A DNA stretch of 61,601 nucleotides from Priapulus caudatus (Eukaryota), in contig NW_014577070.1 in NCBI RefSeq assembly GCF_000485595.1, positions 1,082,771 through 1,144,371 on the forward strand, in the 5' to 3' direction. Under the pieces are notes generated by a model, which saw only the letters and a list, made by a program, of their open reading frames with translations, searched no databases and was not told the DNA's origin. Each line of letters begins with the position of its first letter. Positions within the stretch are counted from its first letter, which is position 1. Below, in pieces: positions 1 to 14,979 of the stretch. The position numbers and the translations under genes are program-made.

Positions 1-1112
1 TAGCGGTCAACCACAGACACGGTGAATTGACTATTTACGGGCATGGGCAATGGAAGTTGAAAAGTCGACGGTTGAATTTAAATTTAAATTGAAGTTTGAA
101 ATTCAGCGTCTTGCGTTATGTTCATTGGTGCGTATATGATGAGCACATCTATTTCACTCGGGTATTGGGGCCTGCAGGGTTAGCAGAGAACGCATATACT
201 TTTAGCGCTAGGTTCATATATTGCATAGATAGCATGTCAGATTATTTCGTATATTTATTATTATTATTATTTGATTTGCATGTCCTTATATTTATTGAAT
301 TTTCTTTTCCACGATGCGTTACGGTCTTTAGGTATCTCGTGTATAGAAGTAAAGCTTTAGTAGTTTTTGGCTTTAGTGCTTTAGTAAAGCTGTTTAGCAG
401 AGGCTGAAATGTATAACAGCTCCATTATAACTTTTACGGTTTGTCGGCTCATTTATAGTTGAATTGGCAAAGAAAACATTACTAGCCATGTACATCAAAA
501 TTAATAACAATTTCAAACTTAGTAATTTGTTTATGCAAATAACATATATTAATAAATTTCCATATCATTCTTATTTAAATAAAATGTCTTTAAGATGCAA
601 TTTTGCGAATAGGTGTCTATGGTTTACAGTTTTTACAATTTTATGTGTAAAGATATGAATATTTATTTTTGCGGAGATTATTATTATATGCACACGTTTA
701 CGGTTAATAGTGAGTATCAACGCTCATTCATGGTATTATAAAGCAAGAAAGGTAAATAAGGAAATTAACTAGGAAAAATAAACAAATGACCGCTAAACAT
801 TGGGTTTGCACGGGTAAATGCGGTTTTTAATGGTTTTCGATGAATGTGTTCTGGCAATACAAAATGTGAAAGAATTTCCGGAAAGAGTTAGCACATACTA
901 GTTGCAGGATAACCGTCTATTTACACCAAGGAAATTGAAGGCATATTCTTAGTATTTACAGCTTTCGAGAACGGTGAACAGAGGTTTATAGCCATCTGAT
1001 TTTAATTTTGTTACATTGATGAGGTATTAGCACTGGCCTGAATGCGAGAATGTTCTGAAATCGTTAGAAGGGCTGAATGGACGAGTACTACACAATCGGG
1101 CGAGTTACTTCT

Positions 1113-2316
1113 TTACAAGCATTGCCTCTGTATTGGGAAGTCAACGGTCTTTTGATGTCTGCGACCAACCTGCCAACGGATAAATAAGATTGGAGTTAAT
1201 GAAAATTCAAAAGTATTCTAAGCCGACAATTAAAAACAATTAAGCTCTCGTTATATCGGACGGAAAGAACGTGGTCAGCAAAACGCGTTTTCCTTTACCA
1301 ACTCGTGGGTGAACGCCACGTGCTAGGAGGGTAAAGACGAACTCTGGACGAAAACACGCTGTATTATCCCTGAGCATATATATAAAGGAGAGCGAGAAAA
1401 TCTTCAGGAAAGCGCAGCCAGTCCTTGGCGTATGTCGACGTCGGATTGCTTTGGACGGGCATTCCAAAACTTGGCGCGAGAGTAGTCAGGGAGCACATGA
1501 GGCAGCCTGATGTTGGTGGGCGTACTGCTGGGTAGCCTAGAACTTCAGCATCATCGGACGCAACGACGACAAAGTCACTAGTTAACGACGGTTGGGCCCA
1601 AACGAATACAGGAATTGAAAAGCGAGTTTTTTGAATGCCGAAAATAACCGATTCAACGAGTCGTAGATGTTTACATAGGTATTCGATACGGTGCGCCCGC
1701 AGATAAAAGTTTTTAGGGGAAACGCGCTGCTAATTGAACGCTTAATTACTTATTACAGTCAAAATTGCGGCGGGTAGCATGCATAGGAAAATTAATACGA
1801 ACTGTTCGTAGGCGAAGTGGGCCAGCATCAGCTCATTGCACTTCCTCAGGAGTCTCAGCGCATGCCGGTAACGCCAACATCGAAAGAGCCGCTGGAAAAG
1901 TCCCTTGTGCTCGGTTGGGGGGTGTCGATCTGGTCGTACTGAAAACAGGTTGTAAACTCTGACCGATTACAGATAGATTCGCCGAGTTGTGAAAGAAGCG
2001 AGGAATTCCAAAAATGGTTTGCTAATAATTAAATTTAAATTAATTAAATTTCTAAACAGGTTTCTGAAGCAAAAGCTGTTATAGCCTTTTAGGGCGTTTG
2101 TAAATTAATAAGTAACGATTAAATAAATGTGTTCGATTTAATAATTCTATTGCAAAACACATGGTTAGCGCTCGGCCTAGCAAATTACACGACGACAATC
2201 TACGACGAATATTTATGTCAGGATAACGGAGATCCGATTCGCGCAAGTACTTACGAAAGTTCAGCTGAAGGCTCGTTTGTCCAGACAATTACGCCTCAGG
2301 ACTGTGGTAAAGGCAT
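1113..2316 (-). other. Frameshifted mirror copy of hemerythrin B1 (read-error copy rather than a true pseudogene)
   Basis: Reverse complement of 18427-19528 with many single-base indels; lies in the noisy inverted arm. Confidence 0.75.
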
Positions 2317-5032
2317 CGGTGATGGTTGGTTGTCCACTGTGCTGACCGACACGAGATGAATCTGTGCTACCAATGCGATGCATGACGATTTGATGAGCGC
2401 CGCGAGCGGGTCTCTATAGGTGACTGGACGAAGAATCGCGTCCTCCGGCTCGGGTGTTATCCAAGCCTCGCGCGCGATTGGGATGCTGCGTTCGGGGGCT
2501 GTGCCCAAGTAGAAAGACGCCACATTTCTTGAACCTACCTCTTCCTTGCCCAGGTGTAAACATTTTATTTCTGTGTCTATCGTTGGATTTAAAATGGTTC
2601 GGCGGAGCCGTGTAAAAAACACGTTGCGTTTGTATGATTGTTAATATACCGACAATTAATGGATATTGTGTACTATATGCAAGACCCCCCCGCTTTGCCA
2701 TCCGTGTGAACCCGGTTGGTCAGCCATAGCAGGTGATTGCAAGCTGGCCTACGTGCGGTGAACTCAGGTCTTCTCATTTCGGAAAAACAGGCAAGACAGC
2801 CCAAGGTTTTTTGTACGTTTTTACTTTTAATCTTAGTCTGTATTTTTATCGCCGCCCACAAAAAACTGGTTGCTCGATCGCTATTAAATTTGACCCTTTG
2901 ATTTTAACAATAGGGGCGTGACCCCATTCGACCTCGTTTAGTTATTCAATCTCTCACTGGTAAATCGATTAAAAAAAAATAACGTCATGCGGCGGTGTGC
3001 ATATGTTTGCACTGAAGGATTTTTGACGGTGATGCTACAATACACACTTTTGGTATGGTGATATTAGTTGAGACATGAGAGAAATTGTTGCACTTTGTAG
3101 GCCGGTGCTTTCAATGTAGGCGCGCGTGAAATAGAAAGGCGTATTTATTAACATACTGCAGGGAGCTCATCTTAACAAATAAAAGATTGCTTGAAGTCAG
3201 ATATGTTAACCCGTAAACACGGTCGGGCGCGTCCGCCATAAAATGAGCTGTTTAAAGACGTTTAAAGCCTCTTCAGTATAATATAATCACCCATATCGTC
3301 AACAAAACGTCTGTTTTACGAACGGCTTTATGGCCTAACGCATATATGATTTAATGTATGGCTTACATCAACTCCGAAGAAGCTTCTCTATGTTCCTCCT
3401 TATATAATTCTTAAGTTAGCTGCACATCCCATCTTATTACAACAAAATTTATTGGAAACTATTAAATAAAAAAAGCAACTGTAAACAACCAACTGGAAGA
3501 ACAAACTTCCGGCGCCTTTCTTTTATTACGTCATTATCTGTGCATTAACGTGAATTCACATGTCTAATAACGTTTACAGTATAGTATATCATATATATAA
3601 TATATATATATAAGTATATATATATTCGCACTATAGAGCGCCGCCGCTGTGTAAATGTACCAGATATAATCGACCAGAAACAGTTCTTTTCTAAATGGGT
3701 AATAGTAAGGTGGCAGTGAAACAAGTAGAATCCGCAGCATATGATAAATTTTTTTTTTTAACGTCGCGGCTTCTCTTTCATGTTTCGATATGGAGCTTGG
3801 ATGAGGTTGCAGCACACGGTTGGCTGATGGCGTATCCATCTAATTCTTCGCTTTTCCGTTTATGCTGGTGTAGCGGAGATGTCAACTTTGGATTTAGTCC
3901 ACGAAAAAGTGTACATTTATGTCTCTTTAGTTCCTTATTAACACAACTTGTATTTCTCTTATAGTATTCCTGACGATTTTATAATCGCTAGCACATAATC
4001 TCTACACGATTAGGGGGAGAGTGGGCTTAAAAGAGTGTAAAATGTTACATGTCATACACGCGTGAGTATATATATCCGGTAGGATAGATACTTTGAAGCC
4101 CCGGAAAACACACGATTTCCTTCCGGATAAATGACACAATTGAATTAATGAACATGCCGATCGTATTGAACGGCGTGAGGTCGAGCACAGGCAGTGCACC
4201 AGGGTAGGAAACTATATAGTTCTAAATTTCCTATTTCTCATAAGCTTATGAAATTGTTGAATCAAAGATATATAAACCCTAATGAACACCTTCTTTACAT
4301 ATTGTTTTTCTTTCCCACCTCTTTAATATCCCTCTAATTTCACCCCTTTTTTATGTGGCGCCAATGTGTATATTATTTTTATATCTATTAGGTTTAGTTA
4401 CGTATGTGCAATTTGAATACTATTTACAGCTGTGTGTAATAGAATCATTGGTAAACAGTTAGTTACCCTAACGCCATAGTTTCACAGGGAGAGAAACACA
4501 ACATATGACGAGCGTAAATAGCTCATGCATAAAAACGTGTATGATCTTCCTCGGTGACAAAAAAAACTTGCCCCAAACGGCGTTGTCTTGCCAGGTTCGA
4601 GAGGAGGAGCACTGACCTTACTCCACGTAGGACAGCGATGATTCCTGCGAATAGATGCATTATAGGGGTTACAATATCGCAGGAGGAGGTGCTCCAAGTC
4701 ATACTTAGGCGTTGGTTAATAAGAATCACAATCAACATATGTACGTGTACAAACATGAGCGATTTTTCAGGACAATGTTTAGATAAGGAATTATACGTGA
4801 GAAAGAACACGACACTTTGACACACAGCGAAAGAAGAAAAAACGAATTCCGAAACCATTATCTTTTCATCAGGTGAAAACACATTTCGCCACCAGCCGCC
4901 CTGGACGATGGGACACAATTCTTATGATCTTGATCTTCTCTATATAAGGTCCAGCGTCGTCGTTCTTGACCGCATCTGAAATTTGCACTCAGAGATTCTA
5001 CTTCGTGTTCAGGAACAGCACAGTGAGCAAGG

Positions 5033-6221
5033 ATGGGCGAACTACGCAGTCCCCGAGCCATACCGATGGGAGACCAGCTTCATGGTGGTCTGTTAAGTCG
5101 AAAATGTGCATACGGTGCTATAATAGCTGAGCGATGGTTTGCCCTAAGCGTCATCATTTCTTCATAATATATTGAACGTTCGGCGCACGCGAATGTAAAA
5201 TGAAAAATTTTATATAGTTTCATTGACAACCCATTGTATTTGCTTGGTTTTTGCGTTTCAGTTACGAACGGTCTGGGACGATGAGCACAAGGGTCTCTGT
5301 CAGAGCCTGCTGCCCTATTTCGGTACCACCGCAACTCAAAGGCCGCCTCTGAAGAAGTGCCTGGTCTGTATGGTTTTCCCACTTCAAACTACGAGCAGCG
5401 TAGTCGAATGCTGTTCGGCTACATTACTGATAGCTATTACACTTTCAAGCTGCATTTATTGATGTTTGAAATGTTGGTGTTATGTGTGTGGGTGTGTGGT
5501 GTGTGTGTGTGTGTGTGTGGTGTGGTGGGGTTGGGTGTGTGGTGTGTGTGATGTGTGTGTGGTCGTGAGCGACGGGTGCTGTGTGTGTGTGTGTGTGGGG
5601 TGGGGTGGTGTGTGGTGTGTGTGTGTGTGGGGTGTGTGTGTGTGTTGGTTGCGTGGGTGGGTGTGTGTGTGGTGTGTGTGTGGTGTGTCGTGTGTGTGTG
5701 TGTGTGTGTGTGTGGCGGCAACTGTGTGTTGTAAACCTGACTAATTAATTAGACCACTCTATGATTTTCTTGCCATATGACATCATGAAGCAGGGGCCAA
5801 ACTAACGCGCGGCTTCAAGGGAGCACAACAGACACAACGACGGATTCAATTGCCATCTTTGGCAAGCTGGTCCGCCCGGTAACGCGATGTGAAAGTCTTT
5901 TACTGCAAGATACTGTGTACGTTGATGATATTCGAACACTGCCAAGCAAAATTAATTTAAATATCTGCTCGTGCGAACGCAGTACGCGCACTAACAACCA
6001 CTTAGGTTTTTGCTTCTCGCTGTGTGCTCTTCTCATCGTCCGTAGTGGCTCAGCTCGATGGACGGCCAAACAGATAGCTAGAGGAAAAAAATCAGCAATT
6101 AACGGCTAAATACCGACTTTAATGCCGGTTCAACTACCACTCCCCATCTCTTCTCATATACAGTCGCCTGGTGCCAGCCACATCAAGAACAATGACTTCG
6201 CGTTACAGCAGGCAGCTGTAA
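5033..6221 (+). other. Frameshifted mirror copy of hemerythrin A1
   Basis: 5033 atgggcgaactacgcagtccccgagccatacc corresponds to MANYAVPEPY with an insertion; the end catcaagaacaatgacttcgcg...ctgtaa matches exon 4 of A1. Confidence 0.75.
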
Positions 6222-7659
6222 GATGTGCCCAATGTTTTTTTATCGATTTCGCTGTCTCTTTCTCTGGCACAGCTGACCATCGCTGCAATACGCAGGCTTC
6301 TGGACCATTTTACTATATACGACTTAGCTATTGTCACAGCTTATCTAACTGAAACATAATGTTACTTTGCCATGGGCGTAAGCCGAATTGCTTATCGTTA
6401 AATGCCTACACATCACGCATTGTTAGCGATTGCGTTCCCAGCTAATACATACGATAAGTTTTCTATTCAAATTGCCAGTTTGTTTCCAGTTTCAGATTTC
6501 CTATTTCGAAAACGCCATGGCAATACGTAGTAAAATATACGCTTACTTAACCTAACTACCGTAAGTTCATCATGAGTCATATACATGTTGTTTTTAACAT
6601 TTATTTATTTTCACAAATATATTCAAACACGTTGAATTTGGGCTTCTTTGCTTTAAATTCCAGATTCAATAAAATCCATTTGGTCTCTCACATATTAATG
6701 CTTTTGTTTCACTTGCTTTTCACATTTAATGATTCTCTAATGCAAGAATGAAGATGAACATATGTTATTATGTAGAGGAAATCTAAAGATTATACAAAAG
6801 CGTTTAGTTTACAGCTACATTATAAAAAATAATCGACAACATTATGTGTTACCGCTTGGTAATAGAGGCAAAACATTAGCCGAAATAGATTGCAAAAACC
6901 GCACAGCGTGGGATAAACAAAATTATAATACCGCAAATGTGGGCTCAAACGCGGAAAAAGTAAGAATTATTTTGGAATTATGGAAAGTTTTCGGCATTTA
7001 GTTTATTAGGTTAAATATTTTTACTGCATCGTTCATGCCATGTATATCACATATACACAACCACGACTACACAAGCATGCTGCACTCGTACGCGGGTGAA
7101 CACACGCACGCCACGCACACCGATGCGCAAACTATTGACATACACACTATATATAATATAATCAGGAGCTGAATAATAGTAGATTTCTTCGTATTATTCA
7201 CTCCTGATATTATCTTAGGCAGGTTTTTGCCTTCTTCATTTAATTTATAAACGAAAAAACAATTTTTCAATTAACATTGGTCATTAGTAATAATTTATAT
7301 TCAGCAGAGTTTTCTACTAACAAAGTCGCTAATTGACGTTTTGTTTCTCATTTCATTTCTTTCTGGTCAAATCTTACTAAACGGCTCCTTCGTGTCAGAA
7401 TAGGGAATATTCCTTTCATCGAGTCGGACGACTGGCAATCGGTGGGATCGTTTTCCTAATTCCGATCGTTAGTCTTTGCGATGAGTGGCTAGATATTGAC
7501 GAGACGTGTGGGAACTGTGACTCAAACTCTCCCAATGTTATACTCAGCATGTAGTAGCCTGTTTAAAACTGCAAACTAAATTTCTCGACGAGTCGTTAAA
7601 ATAAACACAGGGTTGGATTGTTATATACAGTTGTGAAACTGAATCGTGCCATATGTATT

Positions 7660-8102
7660 TTAAAGTTCTCATAGCAGTGCATAAATTTCGAAGTTGGCGG
7701 CGTCGTGTTCACTTCTGCGCATGCGCGGCGGATGGAGTTTGTGAGCAGCAGGTGGTCCGCCAGCTAAAACGCCCACATCTTATTACCTGAGTGAACAAAT
7801 GAAATACACACCATTATATAATATACACACACACGCACTTACGCACTGCATGCAAGACCCCCACACACATGTATTATATATACTATACATATATAAATAA
7901 TTAGTAACATAGAAATATATGGGCTGCTCAAATCTTTAATTAACATGCCTTTTTTGAGAACATTGCTCTTCATCGGCTATACAAGGTTATTTCCATTTTA
8001 TTGTTTCTCTTATAGCCTGATACAAAAGATCATACTCTCGAAAAAGCGGCATAGCTAGTATTAAAAATTTTCGACACCTCATTTATATTTTCTATTGTTC
8101 TA

Positions 8103-8142
<40 letters not shown>

Positions 8143-9590
8143 ATATATGATGTGTGTGTATTATGCATCAAGGAGATCATTTATTTGATGTGTTTTTGTA
8201 ACAGTTCTGACACACATTTGAACGTATTATTATGATTGCTATTGATATGATATACTGTATACTGGCTTCACACGTCTCAAATATATAGTTAATATTTCAC
8301 ACCTCGTGTTAATTCATACCACTCGTTCGACTTCGCTCTCGGATATGTTATTCATGATTTGAATGGAGGTGAGACTTACACGGTGGATGGTTTTGCGCTC
8401 GCCACAACTTGAAGGCATTTCGGCGAACTGTGGCCGAGGCCGAAGTAGCATGGATTTTTAGCTTCAGCCGTGTGAATATACTCCGCCTTGAAGAACGATT
8501 GAAATGCTTTTCACATATGTACTAAAAACAAAAACTTAGAAGGGCCGTGATTAGATAGCTACTTTTGCAAGTGCTTACAAGTGGACATTTTAAAAAATAT
8601 TTTAACTATAGTAAGAAGTGTTTTAACATGGGAAAAGTTGTGCTGGTAACAAAAGGGGAGAGAGCGCAATTCTCTTGTTTTGGCCTTAGGATTTGCTGAT
8701 TACTGTACGATGAAATATAGCGATTTATATAAAAATTAATTTTGATTGATGAGCCAGATTTTACAGCCAATGTAACAATAAGCTCGAGGTGGAAATCTCT
8801 TTATTCGTCCTTACAAAAATTGAATTATTTCAAGGTTGAAATGTGAAGTGAAAACACACGATGATGCGACATGCATCGCGATCTTACATACCAAGCAGCA
8901 TGTTCTAAGATCGAGGTTGTCGAAGTATTGCGGATGAAGATTTGAACGTCTATGACGCGTCCACTGATATCCCGTTCCTTCCAACGCTTAGCGCAACAAC
9001 GTCCACAAAAGTATCCATTCCCAGCCTGCGTGGGTGGGGCAATATCCAGAGGAAGTAGCACCTATGCGTATGTACACGAACGGTTGATATGTACATGTAC
9101 GTATAACGTGATGTACATCACTATATCACCCTGTTGAACTATATTCTCGATTGTGCGCTAGATGGCGCTCGTATGTTATGATTTAGCGCAGAAAGCGAGA
9201 TGCGCTCGAAATGAAAATCGAGCGTGTATTAAACGGAACACCTCTGTAAAAGACAGGACAACTTGTAAAGTCTGTTTTGGCATTACGTGGCGTGGCATAT
9301 AACACGTGAAACCACGCTTCTATAGAACGAAACACCTGTCTATAAAGACACTATTGGCGTTTCCTTCTAGTATACGCGATTAACACGTTGAAATTGTCAC
9401 CTTTCTACAGTGACGGCCCGCTGTAGCGATTCGTAGATGTTCGTAGCAAAATCGACAGTAAATAGATGCGTACGGGGTGACACGCGCGATCCGCGCTTCT
9501 CTATCATGACGGCCAACCTCGTACTTGCTACCAAAATTTTCGCCCCGATTACGCCCGCCCCGGTTATGGACCATCAACTTGAACCGTATA
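7660..9590 (-). other. Duox: Frameshifted mirror copy of the last four Duox exons
   Basis: Reverse complement of 11858-13641 with indels. Confidence 0.75.
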
Positions 9591-10098
9591 GATGAACAAA
9601 AATATACCATCCGTCATTATCAGCAAAGCGTGTCACAGCTACGACGATACAAGACATTCGAGAATATTCGATATAATAGTAAAAACTACTTTGTTTCTGA
9701 ATAGATTCCATGTTACCCGCATAATTACTAACTATAATCGTGTATAGCACTGCACATTTACATTGCACACGGTCCTTTATCGTTAGGTTCCGGGTGCAGC
9801 TAGCTATAATATAGAAATACAGAAATACAATATATAAAGAAAATGAAATAAAATTATATTATATATATATATGAATATTTCGTGTTATATGTATGTTATT
9901 ATATATATATATATTTATTTATTTAATAAATTAAACCGGTCGGCTGTATAATAAAGTTGTCGTCGCGGATACAAGTAATCATCAAACTATATATTATCAT
10001 CATATATGATAAATAATATAAGGATTTTTTCTGCTATTTGCTTAAAAACAAAACATTTGTTTTTCATTCCTATAGTATTATTTTTGTTAATATTCTTT

Positions 10099-10136
<38 letters not shown>

Positions 10137-10280
10137 TGTGCGTGTGTGTGTGTGTGCGTGTGTCTGTGTTTGTCTGTCTCTGTCTCCCTGTCTCCCCCCC
10201 TTCTCTCTCTGTTTGTGTATATAAACTAATATAAATATTTAATAATATATAATTGCGTCGCATCACGTGCTGCACTATAC

Positions 10281-10517
10281 CGTTGGATAGGTCATTCCCA
10301 TGAGATTCGCCGGGTCCAGAATGTTCCGCAGCCTCCACGTCCATCGTCCGTACGCTTCACGCTGATGGAGGAGATATTTCTCAGCGGCGGCCGACGGTCG
10401 GAGGGAGTGTCAGAGAGTGGTACTCGTCCGGACATACGGCCGGGCAGCAGACGCGCACCCACTGACCGGATCGATACAGGAAGCTGGGAGGTCGATTAAA
10501 GACCACCTTCGTCACAT
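10281..10517 (-). CDS. Duox: Duox FAD-binding-domain exon (noisy; the exon preceding the 11858 exon, present only as a continuation of the left arm)
   Basis: Minus strand reads ttacag|(D)VTKVVFNRPPSFLYRSGQWVRVCCPAVCPDEYHSLTL, then frameshifts, then YGRWTWRLRNILDPANLMGMTYPT|gtatag. This matches the NOX/Duox FAD motifs F.YxSGQWVR, EYHxxTL and GxWT. Confidence 0.85.
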
Positions 10518-10704
10518 CTGTAACGACGAGCAAGCCGTGCACCTAAATGCCGCTAAATGTGGGTAATAGGTCTAACGCACGCACGCGCGCATGCACGAAC
10601 GAACGCGCACTAACGCACGACCACACGCAGGCAGACAGACAGACAGGCAGAGCAGACAGACAGACAGAGCGAGACAGACAGGGACAGACAGACAACAGAG
10701 CAGA

Positions 10705-10737
<33 letters not shown>

Positions 10738-11857
10738 CAACAAAAAACACGCACGCAGCGCACGCACCACGCACGGCACGCACTGCACGCCCCACGCACG
10801 AACGACCACGCACGCGCACACACACAGCACACGCACGCACACACACACACACACACACATAACAACAACTCGCTATCATCATTAAATTTAGCGCAAATGT
10901 AATTATTATACATAATATACCTAGCGTGAGTACGAATTATAACACCTGCAAATTACATGGTTTCCATCGGCACAGATAAGTAGACACAGATTAGCGCAAC
11001 GATGCTATTATCACGCGATGTTTTTCCTTGTGAAAATAATAATATTATCAGCGAATATATAATTACATAGTAGATGAGCTCGTTCCATTCTACTATGTAA
11101 TATGTCTTCGCTGATATTATTAACCTATAGATGTTCTTTTCTCGCATACTAGGTATGAGATATCCCCGAATACCCGAGAGAAATCCTCGGATAACTTCAC
11201 ACCAATGTTTATCTGCACTTTTAATCCAATATTTTTCTAATTACGAAGGTCAGAAAAGTCACCTTTACAGTTTTGCAATCCAATACTAGTAAAATTAATT
11301 AATAAAAATAAAAAATAATAATAAAAATAAATTGGATGAAATATAATGTACCTGATATTACATGCCTACCATGGGATACTAGCTAATACCAAAAATTAAA
11401 CCTAAAACCTAAAATGTTCAAAATCTAAGTTTTGTTCCCAAATATCAAAATTAGGGGGTATGGTTGAACTTTGCCAAGATATGTGCCACAAACAACCACC
11501 ATATTACAAAGTAATGATATATTCCAATGCAGTGGGTCCTTGTGAAGTTTTTGATGGGTAATATGTTACTCTGGGAGTTTTCATTTGTGAATTATTGACA
11601 GAAACGTGCAATGTGAAATTTTGAAGTCAAAGCGATTTCTGCCACTTTTTCACTAAAGTTTTTTAGACGCATTTTAACATAAAGGCGTGTGCAATGTAAA
11701 TGTGCAGTGCTATAACGATTATAGTTAGTAATTATGCGGGTAAACATGAATCTATTCAGACAAAGTAGTTATACTAATTATATCGAATATTCCGATGTCT
11801 GTTTCGAGCTGTGACACGCTTTGCTTATGACGGAATGTATATTTTTGTTCACTATAG

Positions 11858-13188
11858 GTTCAAGTTGATGGTCCATACGGGGGCGGTAATCAGGAATGGT
11901 ACAAGTACGAGGTGGCCGTCATGATAGGAGGCGGGATCGGTGTCACCCCGTACGCATCTATACTGTCGGATCTTGTCTACGGAACATCTACGAATCGCTA
12001 CAGGGGCGTCACATGTAGAAAGGTGACATTCAACGTGTAATCGCGTATACTAGAAGGAAACGCCAATAGTGTCCTTTATAGACAGGTGTTCGTTCTATAG
12101 AGGTGGTTTCACTGTATAAATGCCACCCAACGGTAATGCCAAAACAGACCTTTACACAGTTGTCTGTTTTACAGAGGTGTTCGTTAATACACGCTCGATT
12201 TCATTTTCGAGCGCATCTCGCTTTCTGCGCTAAATCATAACACGAGCGCCATCTAGCGGCACAAATCGAGAATATGTTCAACAGGGTGATATAGTGTGTA
12301 CTCACGTTATACGTACATGTACATATCAACGTCCGTGTACATACGCATAGGTGTACTTCCTCTGGATATGCCCCACCCATCGCAGCTGGGAATGGTTTGT
12401 GGACGTGTTGCGTAGCGTTGAGGAACGGGATATCATGGACGTCATAGACGTTCACATCTTCATCACGCAATACTTCGACAACTTCGATCTTAGAACCATG
12501 CTGCTGGTATGTAAGATCGCGATGCATGTCCATCATCGTGTGTTTTCACTTCACATTTCACTTGAAATAATTCAATTTTGTAAAGGACGAATAAAAGATT
12601 TCCACTCGAGCTTATTGTTACATTGCTGTAAAATCTCGGCTTCATAAAATTAATTTTTTATATAAATTCGCTATATTTGCATCGGTAATGTAATAGCAAT
12701 CCTAAGCCAAACAAGAGAATTGCGCTCTTCTCCCCTTTTGTTACCGCACAATTTCCATGTTAATCCCACTTCTTTACTATAGTTAAAATATATAAAATGT
12801 CACTTGTAAGACTGCAGAAGTACTATTAATCACGTTCTATTTTTTTCGTTTCTAGTACATATGTGAAAAGCATTTCCAATCGTTCTTCAAGCGGAGTATA
12901 TTCACCGGCTTGAAGGCTAAAAATCACTTCGGTCGGCCACAGTTCGCCGAAATCTTCAAGTTTGTGCGAGCCAAACATCCACGTGTAAGTCTCAAATTCA
13001 TCATAATAACATATCCGAGAGCGAAGTTCGAACGAGTAGTATGATTACACGAGGTGTGAAATATTAACTATATATTTGAGAGTGTGAACAGTAACAGTAT
13101 ATCATATCAATAGCATCATAATTATATACGTTCAAATGTGTGTCAGACTGTTACAAGCACATAAATAAATGATGCTCTCTTGATCATA

Positions 13189-13224
<36 letters not shown>

Positions 13225-13641
13225 CAATAGAAAAATATAATGAGGTGTCAAATTTTAATTAGAATGATTTCGAGAGTATGACTCTTTATCAGGCTATAAG
13301 AGAAACAATAAAATGAAATAACCTTGTATAGCCTGATGAAGAGACATGCTCTCAAAAGCATGTTAATTAAAATTTGACAGCCCATATATTATTCTATTGT
13401 TCTATATTTATATATGTATATATATATATACATGTGTGTGGGGGTGCTTGCATGCGTGCGTAAGTGCGTGTGTGTGTATATATATATAATGTGTGTATTT
13501 CAATTTGTCACTCAGGTAAATAGAGTGGGCGTTTTTAGCTGCGGACCACCTGCTCTCACAAACTCCATCGGCAGCGCATGCGCAGAAGTGAACACGACCC
13601 GCCAACTTCCGAACTTTATGCACTTCTATGAGAACTTTTAA
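11858..13641 (+). CDS. Duox: Dual oxidase (NADPH oxidase family), last four coding exons, NADPH-binding domain; 5' part absent
   Basis: join(11858..12022,12351..12506,12856..12984,13516..13641), all GT-AG, phase 0, in frame: VQVDGPYGGGNQEWYKYEVAVMIGGGIGVTPYASILSDLVYGTSTNRYRGVTCRK/VYFLWICPTHRSWEWFVDVL...FDLRTMLL/YICEKHFQ...SIFTGLKAKNHFGRPQF...KHPR/VNRVGVFSCGPPALT...FMHFYENF*. Motifs GGGIGVTPY, FGRP, VFSCGP and terminal ENF; the GTSTNRY segment resembles insect Duox. Confidence 0.95.
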
Positions 13642-14979
13642 ATATGGCAGATTCAGTCCACACTGTATATACAATCTAACTCTGTGTTTATTTAACGCTG
13701 TCGAGAATTTAGTTTGCAGTTTTTAACAGCTACTACACTGCTGTAAACTTGGGAGAGTTTTGAGTCACAGTTCCACACGTCCGTCAATATCTAGCCCCTC
13801 ATGCCAAAGACACGATCGGATTAGAACGATCACCATTGCCAGTCGTCCGACTCATGAAGGAATATTCCTATTCTGACCGAAGGAGCGGTTTAGTAACATT
13901 TGACCAGAAATAAATGAATGAGAACAAAACGTAATTAGGACTGTTAGTAGGAAACCTGCTGAATATTAAATTATTACTAATGACCAATGTTAATTGAAAA
14001 ATTGTTTTTCGTTTATAAATTAAAATGAAGAGGCAAAACTTGCATAGATAATATCAGGAGTGAATAATAGAGAAATCTCTATTATTAACTCCTGATTATA
14101 TTATATATAGTGTGTATGTATGTTCGCGCATGTGTGCGTGCGTGCGTGTGTTCACGCGTACGAGTGCATGCATGCTTGTGTACGTGGTTGTGTATATGTG
14201 ATATACATGCATGAACAATGCATAAAATATTTAACTTAATAAACTAATCCGAAACTTTCCATAATTCCATATTCTTTCTTTTTTCCGCGTTGAGCCAATT
14301 TGGGGTTTATAATTTTGTTATCACGTGTGGCGGGTTTTTGCAATCTATTTGCGGTAGTTTTGCTCTTTACCAGCGTACACTAATGTTGTCGATTATTTTT
14401 ATAATGTAGCTGTAACTAACGCTTTTGTATATCTTTAGATTTTCTCTCTACATAATAACATATGTTCATTTCATCCTTGCATTAGAGAAGTCATTAAATG
14501 TGAAACAAGTGAAACAAAACATTAATATGTGAGAGACAAATGGATTTTATTGAATTGGAATTTAAACAAAGAAGCGCTAAATTCAATGTTTGAATATATT
14601 TGTGAATAATATGTAAAAACAACATGTATATAACTCATGATGAACTTACGGAAGGTTAGGTAGTAGCGGTATATACTAACGTATTGCCATGGCGTTTTCG
14701 AAATAGGAAATTGAAACTGGAAACAACTGGCAATTTTGAATAGAAAATTATCGGTAGCCTATGTATTAGCTGGGAACGCAATCGCTTACATGCGTGATGT
14801 GTAGGCATTTCACGATAACAATTGCTTACCCATGCAAAGTACATTGTGTTTCAGTTAGAAAGCTGTGACAATAGCTAAGTTCGTATATAGTAAATGGTCC
14901 GGAAAGCTCTGCGTATTGCAGCGATGGTCAGCTGTGCAGAGAAAGAGACAGCGAATCGAAAAACATTGGGCGTCACATC

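Larger units (their letters stand above)
1..9785 (-). repeat. Left arm of a ~9-10 kb inverted duplication of 11675-20556 (indel-rich copy, probable assembly/long-read artifact)
   Basis: The window start (gcggtcaaccacagacacggtgaattga) is the reverse complement of ~20530-20556, and 9748-9785 matches 11675-11710. Every segment checked in between is collinear. This arm is ~10% longer, with scattered 1-2 nt insertions that break all exons. Confidence 0.93.

Noticed and set aside
5437..5744. Long His/Thr- or Val/Cys-rich ORFs (also 10543-10913, 28059-28802, 40791-41534, 44079-44706, 46160-47675)
   Set aside because: These are translations of (CA)n/(TG)n microsatellites, open in several frames on both strands.
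1113..9590. Extra Hr and Duox pseudogenes in the left arm
   Set aside because: Uniform single-base insertion noise fits read error; not counted as separate loci.
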